From the NCBI RefSeq assembly GCF_009914755.1, contig NC_060927.1: a stretch of 64,000 nucleotides of DNA. One strand, written 5' to 3'. This document shows, piece by piece, positions 1 through 11,700 of this stretch. Below the pieces are notes generated by a model. That model was not told the origin of the DNA, did no database searches, and was given only the letters and a program-made list of their open reading frames with translations. A program made the translations under genes and the position numbers. The DNA is from the human T2T-CHM13v2.0 reference genome, Homo sapiens. How positions within the stretch are numbered: position 1 is the first letter of the stretch; each line of letters opens with the position of its first letter.

Positions 1-212
1 GTAGTTTCTGAGAATGATTCTGTCTAGTTTGCATACGAAGATATTTCCTTTTCTACCATTGGCCTCAAAGCTTTGAAATCTCCACTTGCAAATTCCACAA
101 AAAGAGAGTTTCAACTCTGCTGTTTCTAAAGGAAAGTTCAACTCTGAGAGTTGAATACACACCAGAAAAAGCAGTTACTGAGAAGTCTTCTGTCTAGCAT
201 TATATGAAGAAA

Positions 213-229
213 TCCCATTTCCAACGAAG
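213..229 (-). promoter_or_regulatory. Degenerate CENP-B box, monomer 2 (CGGG>TGGG), in all HOR copies inspected
   Basis: Plus strand tcccatttccaacgaag = minus CTTCGTTGGAAATGGGA, which breaks the core NTTCGNNNNANNCGGGN. Confidence 0.9.
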
Positions 230-553
230 ACTTCAAAGAGGTCCAAATATCCACTTGCAGATTCTGCAAAAAGAGTGTTTCGAAACAACTGTATGAAAAG
301 AAAGGTTAAACACTGTGAGTTGAACGCACACATTGCAAAGCAGTTTCTGAGAATGATTCCGTCTAATTATTATACGAAGGTATTTCCTTTTCTATCATTG
401 GCCTCAAAGCGCTTGATACCTCCACCTGAAAATTCCACAAAAAGAGTGTTTCCAATCTACTCTGTCTAAAGGAACGTTCAACTCTGTGAGTTGAATACAC
501 ACACACAGAAAGAATTCACTGAGAATTCTTCTGTCTGGCATTACATGAAGAAA

Positions 554-570
554 TCCCGTTTCCAACGAAG
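554..570 (-). promoter_or_regulatory. CENP-B box, canonical (monomer 4), repeated each HOR
   Basis: tcccgtttccaacgaag = minus CTTCGTTGGAAACGGGA. Confidence 0.97.
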
Positions 571-1067
571 GCCTCAAAGAGGTCCAAATATCCACTTGCA
601 GATTCTGCAAAAAGAGGGTTTCAAAACCGCTCCATTAAAAGGAATGTTGAACTCTGTGAGTTGAATGCAAACATCACAACTCAGTTTCTGAGAATGCTTC
701 TGACTAGATTTTATGGTAAGATATTTCCTTTTCTACCGTAGGCTTCAATGCCCTCTAAATACACCCTTGCAAATTCTACAAAGAGACTGCTTCATAACTG
801 CTCTATAGGAGGAAAGGTTCAACTCTGTGAGTTGAATGCAGAGATCACAACGTGGTTTCTGCGAATGATTCTTTGTAGTTTTTACATGAAGATATTTCGT
901 TGTCTACCGTAGGCTTCAAAGCACTCAAAGTATTCACTTGGAACTTTCACAAAAAGAGTGTTAGAAAACTGCTCTTTCCAAAGTAAGGTTCAACTCTGTG
1001 AGTTGAATGCACACATAACAAACAAGAAGTTTCTGAGAATTCTTCTGTCCTGGTTTATATGAAGAAA

Positions 1068-1084
1068 TCCCGTTTCCAACGAAG
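1068..1084 (-). promoter_or_regulatory. CENP-B box, canonical (monomer 7), repeated each HOR
   Basis: tcccgtttccaacgaag = minus CTTCGTTGGAAACGGGA. Confidence 0.97.
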
Positions 1085-1408
1085 GCCTCAAAGACGTTTA
1101 AATATCCACTAGCAGACTTCACAAACAGAGTGTTTCCAAACTGCTCTATGAAAAGAAAGGGTAAACACTGTGAGTTGAACGCACACATCACAAAGTAGTT
1201 TCTGAGAATGATACTGTCTAGTTTTTATACGAAGATATTTCCTTTTGTACCATTGGCCTCATACTGCTAGAATTTTCCACTTGCAAATTCCACAAAAAGA
1301 GTGTTTCCAATCTGCTCTGTCTAAAGGAAGGTTCAACTCTGTGAGTTGAGTACACACACACACAAAGAAGCTACTGAGAATTCTTTTGTCAAGAATTATA
1401 AGAAGAAA

Positions 1409-1425
1409 TCCCGTTTCCAACCAAG
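1409..1425 (-). promoter_or_regulatory. Degenerate CENP-B box, monomer 9 (TTCG>TTGG), in all HOR copies inspected
   Basis: tcccgtttccaaccaag = minus CTTGGTTGGAAACGGGA; the core TTCG is lost. Confidence 0.9.
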
Positions 1426-1749
1426 GCCTCAAAGAGTTCCAAATATCCACTTGCACACTGCACAAACTAAGTCTTTCCATACTGCTCTATGCAAAGAAAT
1501 GTTCAAATCTGTGAGTTTAATACACACATCACAAAGCAGTTTCTGAGAATGATACTGTCTAGTTTTTATACGAAGATATTTCCTTTTGTACCATTGGCCT
1601 CATACTGCTAGAATTTTCCACTTGCAAATTCCACAAAAAGAGTGTTTCCAATCCGCTCTGTCTAAAGGAAGGTTCAACTCTCTGATTTGAATACATACAT
1701 CCCAAAAGAAGTTACTGAGAATTCTTCTGTCTAGCATTATGTGAAGAAA

Positions 1750-1766
1750 TCCCGTTTCCAACGAAA
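1750..1766 (-). promoter_or_regulatory. CENP-B box, intact (monomer 11), repeated each HOR
   Basis: tcccgtttccaacgaaa = minus TTTCGTTGGAAACGGGA, matching YTTCGTTGGAARCGGGA. Confidence 0.95.
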
Positions 1767-2090
1767 GCCTCAAAGAGGCCCAAATATCCAGTTGCAGCAT
1801 TTACAAACTGACTGTTTCCAAACTCATCTATGAAAAGAAAGGTTAAACTCTGTGAGTTGAATGCACATATCACAAAGTAGTTCCTGAGAATGATTCTGTC
1901 TAGTTTTTATACGAAGATATTTCCTTTTCCACCAATGGCCTCAAAGTGCTTGAAATCTCCCCTTGCAAATTCCACAGACAAGTGTCTCAAATCTGCACTG
2001 TCTAAAGGAAGGTTCAACCCTGTGAGTTGAATACACACACACAGAAAAAAATTCACTGAGAATTCTATTGTCTATCATTACACGAAGAAA

Positions 2091-2107
2091 TCCCGTTTAC
2101 TACGAAG
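2091..2107 (-). promoter_or_regulatory. CENP-B box variant with intact 9-nt core (monomer 13), repeated each HOR
   Basis: tcccgtttactacgaag = minus CTTCGTAGTAAACGGGA. Both changes fall at N positions of NTTCGNNNNANNCGGGN. Confidence 0.85.
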
Positions 2108-2429
2108 GCCTCAAAGAGGTCCAAATATCCAGCTGCAGACATTACAAACTGAGTGTTTCCAAAGTGCTCTATGAAAAGAAGTGTTAAACACTGTGAGTTC
2201 AATGCACACATCCCAAAGCAGTTTCTGAGAATGATTCCGTCTATTTTTTCTACGAAGATATTTCCTTTTCTACCGTTGGCCTCAAAGTGCTTGAAATCTA
2301 CACTTGCAAATTCCACAAAAAGAGAGTTTCAAATCTGCTCTGTCTAAAGGAAGGTTCAACTCTGTGAGTTGAATACACACCACAAAAAGAAGTTACTGAG
2401 AATTCTTCTGTCTAGCATTATATGAAAAA

Positions 2430-2446
2430 TCCCGTTTCCAACGAAG
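2430..2446 (-). promoter_or_regulatory. CENP-B box, canonical (monomer 15), repeated each HOR
   Basis: tcccgtttccaacgaag. Confidence 0.97.
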
Positions 2447-2767
2447 GCCACAAAGAGGTCCAAATATCCACTTGCAGATTCTGCAAAAAGAGTGTTTCCA
2501 AACTGCTCTATGAAAAGAAACGTTAAACTCTGTGAGTTGAACGCAAACATCACAAAGTAGTTTCTGAGAATGACTCCGTCTAGTTTTTATACGAAGATAT
2601 TTCCTTTTCTACCATTCACTTCAAAGCGCTTGAAGTCTCCCCCTGAAAATTCCACAAAAAGTGTTTCCAATCTGCTCCGCCTAAAGGAAGCTTCAACTCT
2701 GTGACTTGAATACCCACAACCCAAAGAAGTTACTGAGAATTCTTCTGTCTAGCATTATATGAAGAAA

Positions 2768-2784
2768 TCCCGTTTCCAACGAAG
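2768..2784 (-). promoter_or_regulatory. CENP-B box, canonical (monomer 17), repeated each HOR
   Basis: tcccgtttccaacgaag. Confidence 0.97.
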
Positions 2785-5700
2785 GCCTCAAATACATCCA
2801 AATATCCAGTTGCTGACTTTACAAACTGAGTGTTTCCAAACTGCTCTATGAAAAGAAAGGTTAAACACTGTGAGTTGAACACACACGTACCAAAGTAGTT
2901 TCTGAGAATGATTCTGTCTAGTTTGCATACGAAGATATTTCCTTTTCTACCATTGGCCTCAAAGCTCTGAAATCTCCACTTGCAAATTCCACAAAAAGAG
3001 AGTTTCAAATCTGCTGTTTGTAAAGGAAAGTTCAACTCTGAGAGTTGAATACACACCAGAAAAAGCAGTTACTGAGAAGTCTTCTGTCTAGCATTATATG
3101 AAGAAATCCCATTTCCAACGAAGACTTCAAAGAGGTCCAAATATCCACTTGCAGATTCTGCAAAAAGAGTGTTTCGAAACAACTGTATGAAAAGAAAGGT
3201 TAAACACTGTGAGTTGAACGCACACATTGCAAAGCAGTTTCTGAGAATGATTCCGTCTAATTATTATACGAAGGTATTTCCTTTTCTATCATTGGCCTCA
3301 AAGCGCTTGATACCTCCACCTGAAAATTCCACAAAAAGAGTGTTTCCAATCTACTCTGTCTAAAGGAACGTTCAACTCTGTGAGTTGAATACACACACAC
3401 AGAAAGAATTCACTGAGAATTCTTCTGTCTGGCATTACATGAAGAAATCCCGTTTCCAACGAAGGCCTCAAAGAGGTCCAAATATCCACTTGCAGATTCT
3501 GCAAAAAGAGTGTTTCAAAACCGCTCCATTAAAAGGAATGTTGAACTCTGTGAGTTGAATGCAAACATCACAACTCAGTTTCTGAGAATGCTTCTGACTA
3601 GATTTTATGGTAAGATATTTCCTTTTCTACCGTAGGCTTCAATGCCCTGTAAATACACCCTTGCAAATTCTACAAAGAGACTGTTTCATAACTGCTCTAT
3701 AGGAGGAAAGGTTCAACTCTGTGAGTTGAATGCAGAGATCACAACGTGGTTTCTGTGAATGATTCTTTGTAGTTTTTACATGAAGATATTTCGTTGTCTA
3801 CCGTAGGCTTCAAAGCACTCAAAGTATTCACTTGGAACTTTTACAAAAAGAGTGTTAGAAAACTGCTCTTTCCAAAGTAAGGTTCAACTCTGTGAGTTGA
3901 ATGCACACATAACAAACAAGAAGTTTCTGAGAATTCTTCTGTCCTGGTTTATATGAAGAAATCCCGTTTCCAACGAAGGCCTCAAAGACGTTTAAATATC
4001 CACTTGCAGACTTCACAAACAGAGTGTTTCCAAACTGCTCTATGAAAAGAAAGGGTAAACACTGTGAGTTGAACGCACACCTCACAAAGTAGTTTCTGAG
4101 AATGATACTGTCTAGTTTTTATACGAAGATATTTCCTTTTGTACCACTGGCCTCATACTGCTAGAATTTTCCACTTGCAAATTCCACAAAAAGAGTGTTT
4201 CCAATCTGCTCTGTCTAAAGGAAGGTTCAACTCTGTGAGTTGAGTACACACACACAAAGAAGCTACTGAGAATTCTTTTGTCAAGAATTATAAGAAGAAA
4301 TCCCGTTTCCAACCAAGGCCTCAAAGAGTTCCAAATATCCACTTGCACACTGCACAAACTAAGTCTTTCCATACTGCTCTATGCAAAGAAATGTTCAACT
4401 CTGTGAGTTTAATACACACATCACAAAGCAGTTTCTGAGAATGATACTGTCTAGTTTTTATACGAAGATATTTCCTTTTGTACCATTGGCCTCATACTGC
4501 TAGAATTTTCCACTTGCAAATTCCACAAAAAGAGTGTTTCCAATCCGCTCTGTCTAAAGGAAGGTTCAACTCTCTGATTTGAATACATACATCCCAAAAA
4601 AAGTTACTGAGAATTCTTCTGTCTAGCATTATGTGAAGAAATCCCGTTTCCAACGAAAGCCTCAAAGAGGCCCAAATATCCAGTTGCAGCATTTACAAAC
4701 TGACTGTTTCCAAACTCATCTATGAAAAGAAAGGTTAAACTCTGTGAGTTGAATGCACATATCACAAAGTAGTTCCTGAGAATGATTCTGTCTAGTTTTT
4801 ATACGAAGATATTTCCTTTTCCACCAATGGCCTCAAAGTGCTTGAAATCTCCCCTTGCAAATTCCACAGACAAGTGTCTCAAATCTGCACTGTCTAAAGG
4901 AAGGTTCAACCCTGTGAGTTGAATACACACACACAGAAAAAAATTCACTGAGAATTCTATTGTCTATCATTACACGAAGAAATCCCGTTTACTACGAAGG
5001 CCTCATAGAGGTCCAAATATCCAGCTGCAGACATTACAAACTGAGTGTTTCCAAAGTGCTCTATGAAAAGAAGTGTTAAACACTGTGAGTTCAATGCACA
5101 CATCCCAAAGCAGTTTCTGAGAATGATTCCGTCTATTTTTTCTACGAAGATATTTCCTTTTCTACCGTTGGCCTCAAAGCGCTTGAAATCTCCACTTGCA
5201 AATTCCACAAAAAGAGAGTTTCAAATCTGCTCTGTCTAAAGGAAGGTTCAACTCTGTGAGTTGAATACACACCACAAAAAGAAGTTACTGAGAATTCTTC
5301 TGTCTAGCATTATATGAAAAATCCCGTTTCCAACGAAGGCCACAAAGAGGTCCAAATATCCACTTGCAGATTCTGCAAAAAGAGTGTTTCCAAACTGCTC
5401 TATGAAAAGAAACGTTAAACTCTGTGAGTTGAACGCAAACATCACAAAGTAGTTTCTGAGAATGACTCCGTCTAGTTTTTATACGAAGATATTTCCTTTT
5501 CTACCATTCACTTCAAAGCGCTTGAAGTCTCCCCCTGAAAATTCCACAAAAAGTGTTTCCAATCTGCTCCGCCTAAAGGAAGCTTCAACTCTGTGAGTTG
5601 AATACCCACAACCCAAAGAAGTTACTGAGAATTCTTCTGTCTAGCATTATATGAAGAAATCCCGTTTCCAACGAAGGCCTCAAATACATCCAAATATCCA

Positions 5701-8700
5701 GTTGCTGACTTTACAAACTGAGTGTTTCCAAACTGCTCTATGAAAAGAAAGGTTAAACACTGTGAGTTGAACACACACGTACCAAAGTAGTTTCTGAGAA
5801 TGATTCTGTCTAGTTTGCATACGAAGATATTTCCTTTTCTACCATTGGCCTCAAAGCTTTGAAATCTCCACTTGCAAATTCCACAAAAAGAGAGTTTCAA
5901 CTCTGCTGTTTCTAAAGGAAAGTTCAACTCTGAGAGTTGAATACACACCAGAAAAAGCAGTTACTGAGAAGTCTTCTGTCTAGCATTATATGAAGAAATC
6001 CCATTTCCAACGAAGACTTCAAAGAGGTCCAAATATCCACTTGCAGATTCTGCAAAAAGAGTGTTTCGAAACAACTGTATGAAAAGAAAGGTTAAACACT
6101 GTGAGTTGAACGCACACATTGCAAAGCAGTTTCTGAGAATGATTCCGTCTAATTATTATACGAAGGTATTTCCTTTTCTATCATTGGCCTCAAAGCGCTT
6201 GATACCTCCACCTGAAAATTCCACAAAAAGAGTGTTTCCAATCTACTCTGTCTAAAGGAACGTTCAACTCTGTGAGTTGAATACACACACACAGAAAGAA
6301 TTCACTGAGAATTCTTCTGTCTGGCATTACATGAAGAAATCCCGTTTCCAACGAAGGCCTCAAAGAGGTCCAAATATCCACTTGCAGATTCTGCAAAAAG
6401 AGTGTTTCAAAACCGCTCCATTAAAAGGAATGTTGAACTCTGTGAGTTGAATGCAAACATCACAACTCAGTTGCTGAGAATGCTTCTGACTAGATTTTAT
6501 GGTAAGATATTTCCTTTTCTACCGTAGGCTTCAATGCCCTGTAAATACACCCTTGCAAATTCTACAAAGAGACTGTTTCATAACTGCTCTATAGGAGGAA
6601 AGGTTCAACTCTGTGAGTTGAATGCAGAGATCACAACGTGGTTTCTGCGAATGATTCTTTGTAGTTTTTACATGAAGATATTTCGTTGTCTACCGTAGGC
6701 TTCAAAGCACTCAAAGTATTCACTTGGAACTTTTACAAAAAGAGTGTTAGAAAACTGCTCTTTCCAAAGTAAGGTTCAACTCTGTGAGTTGAATGCACAC
6801 ATAACAAACAAGAAGTTTCTGAGAATTCTTCTGTCCTGGTTTATATGAAGAAATCCCGTTTCCAACGAAGGCCTCAAAGACGTTTAAATATCCACTTGCA
6901 GACTTCACAAACAGAGTGTTTCCAAACTGCTCTATGAAAAGAAAGGGTAAACACTGTGAGTTGAACGCACACCTCACAAAGTAGTTTCTGAGAATGATAC
7001 TGTCTAGTTTTTATACGAAGATATTTCCTTTTGTACCATTGGCCTCATACTGCTAGAATTTTCCACTTGCAAATTCCACAAAAAGAGTGTTTCCAATCTG
7101 CTCTGTCTAAAGGAAGGTTCAACTCTGTGAGTTGAGTACACACACACAAAGAAGCTACTGAGAATTCTTTTGTCAAGAATTATAAGAAGAAATCCCGTTT
7201 CCAACCAAGGCCTCAAAGAGTTCCAAATATCCACTTGCACACTGCACAAACTAAGTCTTTCCATACTGCTCTATGCAAAGAAATGTTCAAATCTGTGAGT
7301 TTAATACACACATCACAAAGCAGTTTCTGAGAATGATACTGTCTAGTTTTTATACGAAGATATTTCCTTTTGTACCATTGGCCTCATACTGCTAGAATTT
7401 GCCACTTGCAAATTCCACAAAAAGAGTGTTTCCAATCCGCTCTGTCTAAAGGAAGGTTCAACTCTCTGATTTGAATACATACATCCCAAAAGAAGTTACT
7501 GAGAATTCTTCTGTCTAGCATTATGTGAAGAAATCCCGTTTCCAACGAAAGCCTCAAAGAGGCCCAAATGTCCAGTTGCAGCATTTACAAACTGACTGTT
7601 TCCAAACTCATCTATGAAAAGAAAGGTTAAACTCTGTGAGTTGAATGCACATATCACAAAGTAGTTCCTGAGAATGATTCTGTCTAGTTTTTATACGAAG
7701 ATATTTCCTTTTCCACCAATGGCCTCAAAGTGCTTGAAATCTCCCCTTGCAAATTCCACAGACAAGTGTCTCAAATCTGCACTGTCTAAAGGAAGGTTCA
7801 ACCCTGTGAGTTGAATACACACACACAGAAAAAAATTCACTGAGAATTCTATTGTCTATCATTACACGAAGAAATCCCGTTTACTACGAAGGCCTCAAAG
7901 AGGTCCAAATATCCAGCTGCAGACATTACAAACTGAGTGTTTCCAAAGTGCTCTATGAAAAGAAGTGTTAAACACTGTGAGTTCAATGCACACATCCCAA
8001 AGCAGTTTCTGAGAATGATTCCGTCTATTTTTTCTACGAAGATATTTCCTTTTCTACCGTTGGCCTCAAAGCGCTTGAAATCTCCACTTGCAAATTCCAC
8101 AAAAAGAGAGTTTCAAATCTGCTCTGTCTAAAGGAAGGTTCAACTCTGTGAGTTGAATACACACCACAAAAAGAAGTTACTGAGAATTCTTCTGTCTAGC
8201 ATTATATGAAAAATCCCGTTTCCAACGAAGGCCACAAAGAGGTCCAAATATCCACTTGCAGATTCTGCAAAAAGAGTGTTTCCAAACTGCTCTATGAAAA
8301 GAAACGTTAAACTCTGTGAGTTGAACGCAAACATCACAAAGTAGTTTCTGAGAATGACTCCGTCTAGTTTTTATACGAAGATATTTCCTTTTCTACCATT
8401 CACTTCAAAGCGCTTGAAGTCTCCCCCTGAAAATTCCACAAAAAGTGTTTCCAATCTGCTCCGCCTAAAGGAAGCTTCAACTCTGTGAGTTGAATACCCA
8501 CAACCCAAAGAAGTTACTGAGAATTCTTCTGTCTAGCACTATATGAAGAAATCCCGTTTCCAACGAAGGCCTCAAATACATCCAAATATCCAGTTGCTGA
8601 CTTTACAAACTGAGTGTTTCCAAACTGCTCTATGAAAAGAAAGGTTAAACACTGTGAGTTGAACACACACGTACCAAAGTAGTTTCTGAGAATGATTCTG

Positions 8701-11700
8701 TCTAGTTTGCATACGAAGATATTTCCTTTTCTACCATTGGCCTCAAAGCTTTGAAATCTCCACTTGCAAATTCCACAAAAAGAGAGTTTCAACTCTGCTG
8801 TTTCTAAAGGAAAGTTCAACTCTGAGAGTTGAATACACACCAGAAAAAGCAGTTACTGAGAAGTCTTCTGTCTAGCATTATATGAAGAAATCCCATTTCC
8901 AACGAAGACTTCAAAGAGGTCCAAATATCCACTTGCAGATTCTGCAAAAAGAGTGTTTCGAAACAACTGTATGAAAAGAAAGGTTAAACACTGTGAGTTG
9001 AACGCACACATTGCAAAGCAGTTTCTGAGAATGATTCCGTCTAATTATTATACGAAGGTATTTCCTTTTCTATCATTGGCCTCAAAGCGCTTGATACCTC
9101 CACCTGAAAATTCCACAAAAAGAGTGTTTCCAATCTACTCTGTCTAAAGGAACGTTCAACTCTGTGAGTTGAATACACACACACAGAAAGAATTCACTGA
9201 GAATTCTTCTGTCTGGCATTACATGAAGAAATCCCGTTTCCAACGAAGGCCTCAAAGAGGTCCAAATATCCACTTGCAGATTCTGCAAAAAGAGTGTTTC
9301 AAAACCGCTCCATTAAAAGGAATGTTGAACTCTGTGAGTTGAATGCAAACATCACAACTCAGTTTCTGAGAATGCTTCTGACTAGATTTTATGGTAAGAT
9401 ATTTCCTTTTCTACCGTAGGCTTCAATGCCCTCTAAATACACCCTTGCAAATTCTACAAAGAGACTGCTTCATAACTGCTCTATAGGAGGAAAGGTTCAA
9501 CTCTGTGAGTTGAATGCAGAGATCACAACGTGGTTTCTGCGAATGATTCTTTGTAGTTTTTACATGAAGATATTTCGTTGTCTACCGTAGGCTTCAAAGC
9601 ACTCAAAGTATTCACTTGGAACTTTCACAAAAAGAGTGTTAGAAAACTGCTCTTTCCAAAGTAAGGTTCAACTCTGTGAGTTGAATGCACACATAACAAA
9701 CAAGAAGTTTCTGAGAATTCTTCTGTCCTGGTTTATATGAAGAAATCCCGTTTCCAACGAAGGCCTCAAAGACGTTTAAATATCCACTTGCAGACTTCAC
9801 AAACAGAGTGTTTCCAAACTGCTCTATGAAAAGAAAGGGTAAACACTGTGAGTTGAACGCACACATCACAAAGTAGTTTCTGAGAATGATACTGTCTAGT
9901 TTTTATACGAAGATATTTCCTTTTGTACCATTGGCCTCATACTGCTAGAATTTTCCACTTGCAAATTCCACAAAAAGAGTGTTTCCAATCTGCTCTGTCT
10001 AAAGGAAGGTTCAACTCTGTGAGTTGAGTACACACACACAAAGAAGCTACTGAGAATTCTTTTGTCAAGAATTATAAGAAGAAATCCCGTTTCCAACCAA
10101 GGCCTCAAAGAGTTCCAAATATCCACTTGCACACTGCACAAACTAAGTCTTTCCATACTGCTCTATGCAAAGAAATGTTCAAATCTGTGAGTTTAATACA
10201 CACATCACAAAGCAGTTTCTGAGAATGATACTGTCTAGTTTTTATACGAAGATATTTCCTTTTGTACCATTGGCCTCATACTGCTAGAATTTTCCACTTG
10301 CAAATTCCACAAAAAGAGTGTTTCCAATCCGCTCTGTCTAAAGGAAGGTTCAACTCTCTGATTTGAATACATACATCCCAAAAGAAGTTACTGAGAATTC
10401 TTCTGTCTAGCATTATGTGAAGAAATCCCGTTTCCAACGAAAGCCTCAAAGAGGCCCAAATATCCAGTTGCAGCATTTACAAACTGACTGTTTCCAAACT
10501 CATCTATGAAAAGAAAGGTTAAACTCTGTGAGTTGAATGCACATATCACAAAGTAGTTCCTGAGAATGATTCTGTCTAGTTTTTATACGAAGATATTTCC
10601 TTTTCCACCAATGGCCTCAAAGTGCTTTAAATCTCCCCTTGCAAATTCCACAGACAAGTGTCTCAAATCTGCACTGTCTAAAGGAAGGTTCAACCCTGTG
10701 AGTTGAATACACACACACAGAAAAAAATTCACTGAGAATTCTATTGTCTATCATTACACGAAGAAATCCCGTTTACTACGAAGGCCTCAAAGAGGTCCAA
10801 ATATCCAGCTGCAGACATTACAAACTGAGTGTTTCCAAAGTGCTCTATGAAAAGAAGTGTTAAACACTGTGAGTTCAATGCACACATCCCAAAGCAGTTT
10901 CTGAGACTGATTCCGTCTATTTTTTCTACGAAGATATTTCCTTTTCTACCGTTGGCCTCAAAGCGCTTGAAATCTCCACTTGCAAATTCCACAAAAAGAG
11001 AGTTTCAAATCTGCTCTGTCTAAAGGAAGGTTCAACTCTGTGAGTTGAATACACACCACAAAAAGAAGTTACTGAGAATTCTTCTGTCTAGCATTATATG
11101 AAAAATCCCGTTTCCAACGAAGGCCACAAAGAGGTCCAAATATCCACTTGCAGATTCTGCAAAAAGAGTGTTTCCAAACTGCTCTATGAAAAGAAACGTT
11201 AAACTCTGTGAGTTGAACGCAAACATCACAAAGTAGTTTCTGAGAATGACTCCGTCTAGTTTTTATACGAAGATATTTCCTTTTCTACCATTCACTTCAA
11301 AGCGCTTGAAGTCTCCCCCTGAAAATTCCACAAAAAGTGTTTCCAATCTGCTCCGCCTAAAGGAAGCTTCAACTCTGTGAGTTGAATACCCACAACCCAA
11401 AGAAGTTACTGAGAATTCTTCTGTCTAGCACTATATGAAGAAATCCCGTTTCCAACGAAGGCCTCAAATACATCCAAATATCCAGTTGCTGACTTTACAA
11501 ACTGAGTGTTTCCAAACTGCTCTATGAAAAGAAAGGTTAAACACTGTGAGTTGAACACACACGTACCAAAGTAGTTTCTGAGAATGATTCTGTCTAGTTT
11601 GCATACGAAGATATTTCCTTTTCTACCATTGGCCTCAAAGCTTTGAAATCTCCACTTGCAAATTCCACAAAAAGAGAGTTTCAACTCTGCTGTTTCTAAA

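Larger units (their letters stand above)
1..2894 (-). repeat. Representative HOR unit 1: 17 monomers, plus-strand order A-B-A-B-A-A-B-A-B-A-B-A-B-A-B-A-B (9 A-type, 8 B-type)
   Basis: Approximate monomer starts (arbitrary phase): 1, 172, 340, 511, 682, 853, 1025, 1195, 1368, 1536, 1707, 1877, 2048, 2218, 2388, 2557, 2725. A-type monomers carry gatatttccttttctacc-like sequence (pJalpha-site type) at the position where B-type monomers carry tcccgtttccaacgaag. Confidence 0.93.

Noticed and set aside
511-530. Short palindromes (gaattc/agaattct, aagctt, aggcct) as possible hairpins or terminators
   Set aside because: They are only 6-8 bp dyads and ordinary parts of alphoid monomers. I saw no extended inverted repeat by eye.
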